DNA of 64,000 nucleotides from Phyllobates terribilis. Taxonomy: Eukaryota. Under the pieces are notes generated by a model. The model was not told the DNA's origin, made no database searches, and saw only the letters and a program-made list of their open reading frames with translations. Each line of letters opens with the position of its first letter. The stretch's first letter is position 1. The DNA lies in assembly GCF_046119375.1 (NCBI RefSeq), contig NW_027362764.1, positions 411,122,001 to 411,186,000 of the forward strand, in the 5' to 3' direction. The translations under genes and the position numbers were made by a program. Shown here one piece after another: positions 35,777 to 49,300 of the stretch.

Positions 35777-37398
35777 TAGTGGGTACGAAAAGTATTCAGA
35801 CCCCTTTAAATTTTTCACTCTTTGTTTCATTGCAGCCATTTGGTAAATTCTAAAAAGTTAATTTTTTCTCATTAAAGTACACTCTGCACCCCATCTTGAC
35901 TGAAAAAAAACAGAAATGTAGAAATTTTCTCACATTTATTTAAAAAGAAAAACTGAAATATCACATGGTCATAAGTATTCAGACCCTTTGCTCAGTATTG
36001 AGTAGAAGCACGCTTTTGAGCTAGTACAGCCATGAGTCTTCTTGGGAATGATGCAACAAGTTTTTCACACCTGTATTTGGGGATCCTCTGCCATTCTTCC
36101 TTGCAGATCCTCTCCAGTTCCATCAGTTTGAACGGTGAACGTTGGTGGACAGCCATTTTCAGGTCTCTCCAGAGATGCTCAATTGGGTTTCGGTCAGGGC
36201 TCTGGCTGGGTCAGTCAAGAATGGTCAAAGAGTTGTTCTGAAGCCACTCTTTTGCTATTTTAGCTGTGTGCTTAGTGTCATTGTCTTGTTGCCCTTTGGC
36301 CAAGTCTCAGGTCCAGAGCATTCTGGAAAAGGTTTTCATCCAGGATATCTCTGTATTTGGCCGCATTCATGTTTCCTTCAATTGCAACCAGTCGTCCTGT
36401 CCCTGTAGCTGAAAAACACCCCCCTAGCATGATGCTGCCACCACCATGTTTCACTGTTGGGATTGTATTGGGCAGGTGATGAGCAGTACCTGGTTTTCTC
36501 CACACATACTCTAGGAATTATCACCAAAAAGTTCTATCTTCGTCTCTTCAAACCAGAGAATCTTATTTCTCATAGTCGGGGAATCCTTCATGTGTTTTTG
36601 AGCAAACTCTATGTGGGCTTTCATATGTCTTGCACTGAGGAGAGGCTTCCGTCGGGCCACTCTGCCATAAAGGCCTGACTGGTGGAGGGCTGCAGTGGTA
36701 GTTGACTTTGTGGAACTTTCTCCCATCTCCCTACTGCATCTCTGGAGCTCAGCCACAGTGATCTTGGGGTTCTTCTTTACCTCTTTAACCAAGGCTTTTC
36801 TCCCATGATTGCTCAGTTTGGCTGGACGGCCAGGTCTAGGAAGACTTCTGGTAGTCCCAAACTTCTTCCATTTAAGGATTATGGAGGCCATTGTGCTCTT
36901 AGGAACCTTGAGTAATGCAGAAATTCTTTTGTAACCTTGGCCAGATCTGTGCCTTGCCACAATTCTGTCTCTGAGCTCCTTGGGCAGTTCCTTTGAGCTC
37001 ATGATTCTCATTTGGTCTGACAGGCATTGTGAGCTGTGAGGTCTTATATAGACAGGTGTGTGCCTTTCCAAATCAAGTCCTATCAGTTTAATTAAACACA
37101 GTTGGACTCCAATGAAGGAGTAGAACCATCTCAAGGAGGATCACAAGGAAATGGACAGCATGTGACTTAAATATGTCTGAGCAAAGGGTCTGAAAACTTA
37201 TGACCATGTGATATTTCAGTTTTTCTTTTTTAATAAATTTGCAAAAATTTCTACATTTAAGTTTTTTTCAGTCAAGATGGTGTGGTGCAGAGTGTACTTT
37301 AATGAGTAAAAAATTAACTTTTTCGAATTTACCAAATGACTGCAATGAAATAAAGAGTCAAAAATTTAAAGGGGTCTGAATATTTTCCGTACCCACTG
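35777..37398 (-). mobile_element. Tc1-family transposon (same family as 698-2301), transposase broken
   Basis: TA-flanked ~200-bp TIRs (xAGTGGGTACG...CGTACCCACTG); ORF 36511-37134 with paired-like HTH, then [14 protein letters not shown] and QSPDRNPIEH fragments. Confidence 0.92.
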
Positions 37399-37760
37399 TA
37401 TTTTAAAGCATTCCCCAGGGAGGCAATCTGCTCCAGAGGCACAGTCATTAGGCTCCTATTAAAGAGCCTCTTCCAACTCCTTCACTGTGATTGGCCTGTC
37501 ATGCAAAGTCCCTTCAGCACCTGTCAATCTAGGAATACGTATTTTCAATAAAAACCCTGTTTCCTCTTTACCCATATAGAAGTGTATGCATTTTAAAAGA
37601 GTATTCATTACTTGTAGCATATTTTTGTTATGCATAAATAATTCCCACTACCATCCTTAGAACCTATTTTATTGGATAGCCCCTCTTTGGCTTGAATTAT
37701 TGCAGTCAGCAAATGACCTGTCTTTTCTTTCTCCTAATAAATATATCTTTTAAAAACATA

Positions 37761-38747
37761 TCATCTGGATTCTGCAGACACCAATAAGTGATCTTTCAAA
37801 AGGGTTTGTCCTTTCACCCCAGTACTTTTATGAACCTTTGCAAGAGAATCAATAAATCTGTGTTCAGTTTCACAGACCCTCTGTTGCAAAGAAGCAAGGT
37901 CATCTCTTGCTTTGGATTTGTGTTTACTAATGTCTCTAATATAAAAAGGCTTTAGGTTAGTCCAAGACAAATATACAAGATGCAGAATCCCTACTAAATC
38001 TTAGCAATTCAGATAATTTCATCTCTGCTCGATGCAAAGAGTGGAAAATTGCAACCAGAATTGATTGAGTTTACAAGGTTTCAAGGATCTTCTAGTAAGG
38101 GGGCCTAATGTTAATCTGACTACTACAAGTGAAAAATTGCATAGATCCCAGATCTGCTATATGCAACCTGAAAGGGTAAAACAGTGAGTAAGTAACATGC
38201 AAAGATATTAGGCATTGCTTTCAATCTTAATATTGCATTCTCTCCTTCTGCAATTCACCAGAAAAGTCTAGAAATACTAACACAATTGGCCTGACTCACT
38301 AAGACTGCATTGTACAGGCCATGCTTAATGAAGGGGTCTTGTAGAGTAAAATGTGTCTAATTGATTAACAGTTACACATCATTGAAATGAACTAGGCTTA
38401 TCTTACAAGTATTGTGTGCCTCTGCCAGAAATGTACTCCAGTCAGGGACCGGAGAACCTTTCTGGCAAAATTTAGAAAAGTCCCTGCGTCATCTGAGGCC
38501 TCCAACTGTACAGTCCCCTATTGCCTGCATCTAGCGCTTTCTGGGACCATTCTCTCTCCCGATCTCTACTTGTACTGTAAGGGTGAATCCTTACAGTCTT
38601 ACAGCCGCATCTGCAGACATTTTGGTGTCAGCAGAGGGTGAAAGTAGGATGTCTTTGGTATTAAAGATTGGCCAAATGACACCAAGATGCTGGATCATTG
38701 CTATGATGTTCAGTAAAAACAAAACATCCATCTTCTGATATAACCTG

Positions 38748-38800
<53 letters not shown>

Positions 38801-39266
38801 CCAGGAAAGTAGGCACTTGGCCCTGGAGAGGCATGTCTGATAGAGATGGCTGGGAAAAGTCACCTTGTTGTTGCTGATGGGCAAGCAACAATTGGTAAAT
38901 TTGTAAACTAACTTCATTATCTAAATATACTCTATGTAGCAATAATCCAGTTTAAATTTCATATATTTAATGTTTGGATATATGTTAGTGTATACATTGT
39001 ATTGCTGTATTCGGATTTGTAAATAATGCTATCAGAGTAGCTTGCGCCTGTTCACACTTGCTTCATTCTGTTAGGAGGTGCTGGTCATTTTTTTGTAGAT
39101 AGATAGCTTATGTTAAGAAATCTTTTTTTTCTTAATTTTTCCTACAGAAGAAATACCGTTCTTCCAGCTTTTTGAGTCTGAGTATTTGACCTATTTCTTT
39201 GCAAGCAGCATCAATTTTTACGGAACAGCAGTTGATTTTGCATCCTAAGCCTTCTTTTTTATGTCT
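37761..39266 (-). other. Candidate spliced coding exons of an unidentified host gene (39157-39266, 38595-38744, 37761-37935)
   Basis: AG/GT boundaries give phase-compatible joining into one open frame ending at TGA, with AATAAA ~90 nt downstream; no recognised homology; first acceptor and donor weak. Confidence 0.25.
38748..38800. repeat. (GATA)n microsatellite
   Basis: About 13 perfect GATA units. Confidence 0.95.
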
Positions 39267-39497
39267 CTATTCTGAGCAAAATTGCAGTCCCCATGGACCA
39301 AATAGTTCATTTGGTAGTTTGATATGAACTCCAGTATAGAACAGAACAGGTCAGAGTGACAAATCACAAGGTACCTGGTAAAAAGTGTTCTGCAGAACTT
39401 TACAAAATTGGAAAGCAAAATGAGCTGCCATCATTTTAAACAGCTAAGCATCAAGTCTGAAATAGGTGAATGTCACTAAAATAATAAAAGATATATG

Positions 39498-39548
39498 GAT
39501 AGACAGACAGACAGACAGACAGACAGATAGATAGATAGATAGATAGAC
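39498..39548. repeat. Compound (GACA)n(GATA)n microsatellite
   Basis: Direct reading. Confidence 0.9.
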
Positions 39549-39777
39549 AACTAGAAACTAAAAAGGCAAAATCACACTGTATGTGCTAAGATGTATGCAA
39601 ACATTGTATATGTGAAATTTAAACTGCATTACTACTATGTACAGTAGACTGTACTTTCAAAATGAAGGTACTTGGTGCACAAATTTACCAATTTTCATGT
39701 GTCCGCCACCCACGATACACAAAATTACTATTTGTACAGGATCCAATTCCATGTTATCCTCTATTAACCCTAATATA

Positions 39778-41061
39778 CAGTACAGACCAAAAGTTTGGAC
39801 ACACCTTCTCATTTAAAGATTTTTCTGTATTTTCATGACTATGAAAATTGTACATTCACACTGAAGGCATCAAAACTATGAATTAACACATGTGGAATTA
39901 TATACTTCACAAAAAAGTGTGAAACAACTGAAAATATGTCTGATATTTTAGGTTCTTCAAAGTAGCCACCTTTTGCTTTGATGACTGTTTTGCACACTCT
40001 TGGCATTCTCTTGATGAGCTTCAAGAGGTAGTCACCGGAAATGGTTTTCACTTCACAGGTGTGCCCTGTCAGGTTTAATAGGTGGGATTTCTTGTCTTAT
40101 AAATAGGTTTGGGACCATCAGTTGTGTTGTGCAGAAGTCTGGTGGATACACAGCTGATAGTCCTACTGAATAGACTGTTAGAATTTGTATTATGTCAAGA
40201 AAAAAGCAGCTAAGTAAAGAAAAATGAGTGGCCATCATTACTTTAAGAAATGAAGGTCAGTCAGTCCGAAAAATTGGGCAAACTTTGAAAGTGTCCCCAA
40301 GTGCAGTTGCAAAAACCATCAAGCGCTACAAAGAAACTGGCTCACATGAGGACCGCCCCAGGAAAGGAAGACCAAGAGTCACCTCTGCTTCTGAGGATAA
40401 GTTTATCCGAGTCACCAACCTCAAAAATCGCAGGTTAACAGCAGCTCAGGAGGTGTGATGGTGTGGGGGTGCTTTGCTGGTGACACTGTTGGGGATTTAT
40501 TCAAAATTGAAGGCATACTGAACCAGCGGCATGCTATTCCATCCAGTTTGCGTTTAGTTGGACCATCATTTATTTTTCAATAGGACAATGACCCCAAACA
40601 CACTTCCAGGCTGTGTAAGGGCTATTTGACCAAGAAGGAGAGTGATGGGGTGCTACGCTAGATGACCTGGCCTCCACAGTCACCAGACCTGAACCCAATC
40701 GAGATGGTTTGGGGTGAGCTGGACCGCAGAGTGAAAGCAATAGGGCCAACAAGTGCTAAGCATCTCTGGGAACTCCTTCAATATTGTTGGATGACCATTT
40801 CCGGTGACTACCTCTTGAAGCTCATCAAGAGAATGCCAAGAGTGTGCAAACCAGTCATCAAAGCAAAAGGTGGCTACTTTGAAGAACCTAGAATATAAGA
40901 CATATTTTCAGTTGTTTCACACTTTTTTGTGAAGTATATAATTCCACATGTGTTAATTCATAGTTTTGATGCCTTCAGTGTGAATGTACAATTTTCATAG
41001 TCATGAAAATACAGAAAAATCTTTAAATGAGAAGGTGTGTCCAAACTTTTGGTCTGTACTG
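39778..41061 (+). mobile_element. Tc1-family transposon (second family), internally deleted
   Basis: TA|CAGTACAGACCAAAAGTTTGGACAC...GTCCAAACTTTTGGTCTGTACTG|TA; ~270-bp TIRs; N-terminal HTH ORF joined at ~40449 to GVMVWGCF...DNDPKH...WPPQSPDLNPIE. Confidence 0.92.
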
Positions 41062-44000
41062 TACATATTTTGGGATCTGCTAATATTTCAATATGATATA
41101 CTATTTTAATAACAGATAATATCCCTTTCCAGTAGTTTCCCAACTCAGAGTATTCCCAAAGCATATATGATAGACTAGTATCTGTAAATAAAATCTACGT
41201 TTTTTTATTTATAAATCTAAATAGTAATGAACGGATGAATCAGTGGATGATCTAGTTCGAGTTCAATTTCCAAAAATGAGCGGATTAACGCAAATTCAAA
41301 CACTGAGATCAAAACACTGAAGTTCAATTTCCAAAAAAACCCTTGCCTGGCACCATTTCCCCCACTTCTGAAGCATCAGAGAGCGTGCTAATGCCTTTTT
41401 GCTTAGCCGTGTGGGCTTCCCCCTGATGCCTTGCAGCTATGATCTATCATACCTTGTACAGTGGTGGTCAGTACCTGGGTCATCACAGATCAAAGGTTCC
41501 CAGTCACCATGGAGTCATTTTCCATCACCAGTCACTGAGTAAGTCTCTCCGGTAAAGTGACAGCTCTATTGATCAGCGGGGTCCTCTCCCTCTTTCTCTC
41601 GCGCTCTCTCCTGTAGAGTGTAATTTCTTATAGTCAGCGGGATCCTCTCTCTTTTCTGTAGAGCGTAAGCTCTTATAATCAATGTGTTCCCCTCTCTTTG
41701 TCTCCTATACCATGTAAGCGCTTATGCTCAGTGAGGTTCTCTCTCGCCTCTCCCCCCACGTGTATTATTCGACCAATTGCAAGCTGTCCAGTATTGAGAT
41801 TCACGCAAATTTATTCACCATGAATCAAATTATTTGGGAAAATTCTTCAAAATTGGCGAATTCAAACTGCAAAAGATCCACTTCTTTTTCCACTTATGAG
41901 ACACTTCTTCTCTTCCTCCATCCCCTATGAACTGACCATTCACTTTCGAATTACTAATAAAATGTATATTGAGAAACTGATGGATTATCAACGCACTGAG
42001 GGGCCAGGTTACATACTGCCCGTAAAAGTCTTTGAAGAGTAAAATGGAAGGAGAAAAAAAGGAGCAGCAGAGAGAGAATAAGAGATGCAGACACACCCAA
42101 ATGCTGCTACTGATAGCTCTAGTAAGTGTTTTATCTTGACCTTACTAGCCTTACAGTAGCACTGCTCCTTAGCGATACTGCTCTTCCTGAGGGTACGCTA
42201 CAGAGAGAGTGGGAAGTAGGATCGCCTCTCCTCTTTACAATAAGCAGAAGACATCTTTGCAATAGTGTCCACCCCTGAGTTCCTGAGCAACTGACAATTA
42301 GAGATGGATCATGCAGAGTGATAAAGTGGAGAAGATGCAATACATCACTTCATATACACATGACTGCTTATTCTGAAAAGTTACCTAACACAACAAATAG
42401 ACTTAAAATCTTTGCTTCAGCCTGCAGCAAGTACAAGTGTAATTTCCCTAGTCTTTTGCCAGTGATTGACAGCCGTCCTTTCATGAGTATTCTACTTAAT
42501 GAATTATGTATTTCCAAGATTGAGCAAATATACACATGTGCCTCAGAGTGCTACAAATTATGTTTCTGTGTACAGATAATGATATTAGACAGTGACCAAA
42601 TCTACAATGATATAATACAAGCAGAAGGATGTTGCAGCCATTACTGTTTAGGTCAGTTTGGGGCAAGGGCAAAGGGACATAACAAATTGCCTCTAGTGCT
42701 TCATGTACATGGCATGGATTCAGGAATAAATGGCAAGTACTCTTTGGGGACCACCAGCTAGAAGAGGTTAAGGGATTGAAAGCTATATCTTCCTCCAGGG
42801 TTGGATTGCTCAGGAGAGCTGCAGCCTGTCACCTCTAGACCTGTACATGTCATTGTAACAAGATAATATTGCAAATGATGTATTCTTTGTGACAAGAGCT
42901 AAAGACAAAAATAACGCCAATCCCGACTGATATTTTAAGTAACTGTCTGGAAGGAAATTCTGTATTTTAATGCAACATAAATATTCAGAATAGGAATAAT
43001 GCAAATGAATGAGGTTCTATATCTGGTAAATCTTTATACAGTTTATTATACTATCATGTATAATAATCATACAAAACACTCATAGTTATGATGGAATTTA
43101 TATTGAACTGAACTTCATCAGTCTCTCTTAAAATTGTATAGATAGGGAGTATTTTTTGACTTGGCAATTAAAAAAATAGTTCTGTTGACATTGAAGAACT
43201 ATACCAAGGTATTAAGGTAAAATAAAACCAAATCATCTGTCACTATTGTTTTGGATATGATATCTTTCCAAATAGTCCATAATATTACAGTTAACCCCTT
43301 TATATGCCTTAATAAAGGCTTAGCTTCATAGGAGAAGAACACGTGCGACAGGCACGGAATACATCTGTAGGAACTTGGGTGCTATGACCACCCATAGAAA
43401 CCCTGGCATCGTGACACAAGAGAGCTGGACAATGGATGTCGGAAACAATGTTAGGACTTGCAGTCATCTTCTACAGAATTCACACGCAGAAGTTAGCACT
43501 ACCAGTTTTTCTCCAGTAAATGCTGGACCAACATAACAGTCGTGGGTTCCCAGACAGCGAGCCGAACTTATTTAGTCATTGCTAGAGATGAGCGTTGTTC
43601 TACTCGAACTGTTCGCCAATCTCAAATTCGAGCTGTTTTGGGCGGTGTTCGAGCCGGTCGGCGAACACGAACAATTTGAGAAAAATTCGGCTGTTCGAGG
43701 TTATGTTCGATAACTGTTCGTGCACCAAAATCATAACTGGATTTTTTCTCAGTAATGATGAAAATTAATGTTAATACGCAGTTTGAGTGTACAGCGGGGC
43801 GGGGGGAGGGGCAGGGGATGGATCTCTGCAGGAACAATGAAGATCTCCATTTTTTTTTCTCTTTCCCGCATTTGCAGTGGGGAGGTGCAATCTGTCAGCC
43901 TATCAGCAGCGCACACACGGAGCGAAGTGCTTTTTTTCACACAAGCAAGGGCATGTGTGATTGGCAGTGTATGTCACATGTCCTTGCCCTATAAGACCAA

Positions 44001-44499
44001 GCCATTTTCCCCGTCGCCACCATTTTCTCACTGCTGCAGCTGCGTGTTAGACGGCACCGCTGTTGCTGTGTGCGCTATACCTTGTTAATTTCAAGCCAAT
44101 TTTCGCACAAATATACAGATAGCTTGGGAGTAGGGAATAGTTGTGATTGCAGTCCTTTTAAGGACTAGGTTACAGCATTTCCTACGACTTTTATCAGGCA
44201 GGTCTGTGCTCTTAAATAGATAGATTGTGGGAGTAAAGACTAATTGTAATTGGAGTCCTTTTCAGGACTAGGTTACATCAGTTCCTATCAGTTTTTGCCA
44301 GGCAGGTCTGTGCCAGTGCTGTGCAAGTTTTTTTCACAGCATTTGGCTGAATCTAGCAAAGCTAATCCTTTTTGGCCTATTGCAGAGTGTGTTAGTCAGT
44401 GGAGTAGCCTATCTGTGTTGCAAGATATACCACCTGTGTATAGAATACCAATTTTTTTACTGCACCTAGTGAAGTAAAATCTTTTGGGCATAGCATCAT

Positions 44500-46215
44500 T
44501 CTATTAGTCCATCTATACTGACCTCCATCAGGTTGCAAACTGAATATAATTTTTTTCTGCATCTAGCTCTGAAAAAATATTTGGGCTTCTAGCAGTGTGT
44601 GGGACTTGGTCTATTAGTCCATCTATACTGACCTCCATCAGGTTGCAAATTAAAAATAATTTTTTTCTTCATTTAGCTCTGAAAAAATATTTGGGCTTCT
44701 AGCAGTGTGTGGGACTTGTTCTATTAGTCCTTCTATACTGACCTCCAGCAGGTTGCAAATTGAATATAATTTTTTTCTGCATCTAGCTCTGAAAAAATAT
44801 TTGGGCTTCTAGCGGTGTGTGGGACTTGGTCTATTAGTCCATCTATACTGACCTCCATCAGGTTGCAAATTAAAAATATTTTTTTACTGCATCTAGCTCT
44901 GAAAAAATATTTGGGCTTCTAGCAGTGTGTGGGACTTGGTCTATTAGTCCATCTATACTGACCTCCATCAGGTTGCAAATTGAATAAAAAAATTTTCTGC
45001 ATCTAGCTCTGAAAAAATATTTGGGCTTCTAGCGGTGTGTGGGACTTGGTCTATTAGTCCATCTATACTGACCTCCATCAGGTTGCAAATTAAAAATAAT
45101 TTTTTTCTGCATCTAGCTCTGAAAAAATATTTGGGCTTCTAGCAGTGTGTGGGACTTGGTCTATTAGTCCATCTATACTGACCTCCATCAGGTTGCATAT
45201 TAAAAATAATTTTTTTCTTCATTTAGCTCTGAAAAAATATTTGGGCTTCTAGCAGTGTGTGGGACTTGTTCTATTAGTCCTTCTATACTGACGTCCAGCA
45301 GGTTGCAAATTGAATATAATTTTTTTCTGCATCTAGCTCTGAAAAAATATTTGGGCTTCTAGCGGTGTGTGGGACTTGGTCTATTAGTCCATCTATACTG
45401 ACCTCCATCAGGTTGCAAATTAAAAATATTTTTTTTCTGCATCTAGCTCTGAAAAAATATTTGGGCTTCTAGCAGTGTGTGGGACTTGGTCTATTAGTCC
45501 ATCTATACTGACCTCCATCAGGTTGCAAATTAAAAATAATTTTTTTCTGCATCTAGCTCTGAAAAAATATTTGGGCTTCTAGCAGTGTGTGGGACTTGGT
45601 CTATTAGTCCATCTATACTGACCTCCATCAGGTTGCAAATTAAAAATAATTTTTTTCTTCATTTAGCTCTGAAAAAATATTTGGGCTTCTAGCAGTGTGT
45701 GGGACTTGTTCTATTAGTCCTTCTATACTGACCTCCAGCAGGTTGCAAATTGAATATAATTTTTTTCTGCATCTAGCTCTGAAAAAATATTTGGGCTTCT
45801 AGCGGTGTGTGGGACTTGGTCTATTAGTCCATCTATACTGACCTCCATCAGGTTGCAAATTAAAAATAATTTTTTTCTGCATCTAGCTCTGAAAAAATAT
45901 TTGGGCTTCTAGCGGTGTGTGGGACTTGGTCTATTAGTCCATCTATACTGACCTCCATCAGGTTGCAAATTAAAAATAATTTTTTTCTGCATCTAGCTCT
46001 GAAAAAATATTTGGGCTTCTAGCAGTGTGTGGGACTTGGTCTATTAGTCCATCTATACTGAACTCCATCAGGTTGCAAATTGAATAAAAAAAATTTCTGC
46101 ATCTAGCTCTGAAAAAATATTTGGGCTTCTAGCGGTGTGTGGGACTTGGTCTATTAGTCCATCTATACTGACCTCCATCAGGTTGCAAATTAAAAATAAT
46201 TTTTTTCTGCATCTA
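44500..46215. repeat. 110-bp tandem array (~16 copies) directly upstream of the transposase ATG
   Basis: CTATTAGTCCATCTATACTGACCTCCATCAGG recurs every 110 bp from 44501 to 46151; a variant doublet recurs at +550 and +440 bp. Confidence 0.95.
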
Positions 46216-46331
46216 ACCCAGCCAATAGTTTTGGCCTAATACCACAGTTTGGCCACTCAGCTCTGCTCGGTTACCATCCATTGTTTTTTTGTGCAAACAA
46301 CTCCAGAGTTGTGAATTAGTTAACCACCAAA

Positions 46332-49300
46332 ATGAGTGGAAAAAGGCCTGCTGCTGGTGGAAAGGGGAATAGGCGTGTTGGGAAGGGGAAAAAAGGTTGT
46401 GTCCGTGGGGTAGGTGCAGAAGAAAGACCATCTTCCAGCCAAACTAAAATGTCTACTTCTTTTAGCGGACAATGTGATAAGATCCCTTTCTTACGGCCAC
46501 GCCAATCGCTACAAATTCCAGCTGAGGCACAAAAACAGCAGGTGCTTCAACGGATATCAAGTGCTCCTTTAAGTGGGCTCTCCTCCACATCAACTTCAAC
46601 ATCACAAATACTCCAGTCCTCAAAGGTGTCACCCAAATCGCACTTGCTTCCTCACAGCTCCCAAATCTCCAGCTGCCCGTCTGAGTATGAGGTAGAACAG
46701 ATGGTTGAGTCTGCAGAGCTGTTTACTCATACTATAGCCTGGGAATCAGAGGTCGACTCCAGCGCTTCTGTGAATCCAGACGAGGAAATGATCTGCACTG
46801 ATGCCCAGAATCTTTATGAGTCGGATCCAGGACCAGACGCAGAAGGTTCTGACCATAATGTAGACCCTCATTCCCAAACTGTAACTCCTGTTGGTGGAGA
46901 CAATGAGGAAGACGATGATAAGACTCAAATACCTGATTGGAGCGACAACTTTAGTTTTTTGTCAGGGCAGGAACAGGTTGGCTCTGAGGACGACGGGTGT
47001 GATAACGCACAGGGTGATGATGATGAGGTCGGAGATCCCACTTACTGTCAACCCACAGTCAGCCAAGAGATGAGGTCAGCAGAGGAGGTGGAGGAAGATG
47101 CTAGTGACGACGAGGTCAGGTTGCGCCTTCCTGGACAGAGACGTAGTACTGGAAGCACGTCAACAACTGCATCCTCAAACACAACTCTGCCTCTCACCAC
47201 AAGTCGTGGTGGCTCTTCAGGTCGCATGGGTGCTAAGCCTTGCATAGCCTGGGCATTTTTTCAGATCGATAAAGATGACCCAACTCGTGTTATCTGTAAC
47301 ATTTGTCAGCAAAAGCTAAGTAGAGGCCAAAAAATACATAGTTTGAGTACTTCATGCATGAACCGGCACATGGACATGAAGCATAAGTTGCAGTGGGAAG
47401 CTCAGTGTGCTACAATGCGGTCTAGCCGGCCGGGCCAACCACCGTCTGCCATATCTTGTGCATCCGCGGCCTCTTCATCCTCTGTGACTGGGGGGACAGC
47501 AGTCACACCTGTTTTGGGGCGCAGACCTGCCACCTCTTTACCCGCAACAGCCAGCGTGATTGGCAGGTCATCATTTTCTTTGGAGGTGGTAACACCAGCT
47601 GGTCTTGAGCGCTGTCCGACATCGATAGCACCACCTTTGGATCAAGGCAACCTAACATGTCCGCCTGCATCTTCCTCACAGACCGGCAGTTTGCCGGGGA
47701 CACCCTTATCAACCCCGTCTAAGCACAATAGCCAGCCCTCGGTCCCTCAGATGTGGACAAGTAAAAGACCATTTCCTCCTAGCCATGAGAAAGCTAAGAG
47801 GTTGAATTTCACCATCTGCAAGCTCTTGGCTACAGAAATGCTGCCTTTCCGCCTGGTGGACACAGAGGATTTTCGAGACCTTATGTCCGTCGCAGTGCCC
47901 CAGTACCAGATGCCCAGTCGGCACTACTTCTCAAAGAAAGGTGTGCCTGCGCTCCACCAGCATGTCGCACACAACATCACCGCTTCTTTGAGAAACTCTG
48001 TGTGTGACAGGGTGCATTTCACCACAGACACTTGGACGAGTAGGCATGGACAGGGGCGTTACATGTCGCTGACTGGGCACTGGGTAACTATGGTGACAGC
48101 AGGACAAGGGGCTGCTGTCCAAGTCTTGCCGTCCCCACGAGTTGTGCGTCAATCCTCTTTATGTCATTTTTCCTCCACTGCTTCTGCCTCCTCAACCTCC
48201 TCTCGGTCTTCCACCTGCACCCAAAGCCTGTCTGGTCATGCCACAAGCTTTCTAACTGCGCAGAAGGGATCCTGCACACCTCCTTACTATGCTGGCAGTA
48301 GGGCTCAACGTCATCAGGCGGTTTTTACATTGAAATGTCTGGGAAATGTGAGTCACACAGCTGAGGAGTTGTGGTCAGCTCTGGAGAACCAATTTCATGA
48401 ATGGTTGTCTCCACTGGACCTGAAACCAGGGAAGGCCGTGTGCGACAATGCTGCAAACCTGGGTGCGGCCCTTCGCCGGGGCAATGTCACACATGTGCCT
48501 TGTATGGCTCACGTGTTGAACCTGGTTGTCCAGCAATTTTTAGCCCACTATCCCAGACTAGATGGCCTTCTGCAGAGGGCACGGTCGCTGTGTGCTCACT
48601 TCCGCCGTTCGCATCCCGCAGCTCAGCGACTTACATCTCTACAGAAGTCGTTGGGCCTGCCACTTCACCGGCTAAAATGCGATGTGCCTACCCGGTGGAA
48701 TTCAACTCTGCACATGTTGCAGCGACTGTGGCAGCACCGACAAGCCCTGGTGCAATACGTTCTGACGTATAGCCTGGGCCAACGAGATTCAGAGGTGGGG
48801 CAAATCACGCTGGAGGAGTGGTCTCAGATCAGGGACCTATGCACCCTTCTGCACAGTTTTGAAATGGCGACGAAGATGTTTAGTGCTGACGATGCCATTA
48901 TCAGCATGACTATTCCGGTGATTTACATGCTGGAGCACATGTTAAACAGAATTCGGAGTCAGGTGGTGGCACAAGAGGAGGTGGAGGAAGTAGAGGAGGA
49001 GGAGTTGTATGCGGAAGGGCTAACATCTGCAAGGTCCAGACGGTCGGCAGCACCAAGGCGGCAGGCATGTGAGGGTGGGGGAGATGGTTTTACCAGGGCG
49101 CATGGTAGCAGCCAAACTAGTGAGGAAGGTGCAGGAGCCCAGGAAGAAGTGGAGGATGAACTGATGGAAGACTCATCAGATGAGGGAGACCTTGATCACA
49201 TTTATGTTGTGCGAGGTTGGGGGGAGAGGACAGAGGAAGGAAGCATGATTGTTACCTCGCCACCAACACAACAGGGACTTGGTGCTCCTGGATGCGCAAC

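Noticed and set aside
39148-39250. Strong plus-strand acceptor (long pyrimidine tract, CTACAG)
   Set aside because: No good donor follows and all frames close quickly; it also conflicts with, and weakens, the minus-strand exon candidate here.
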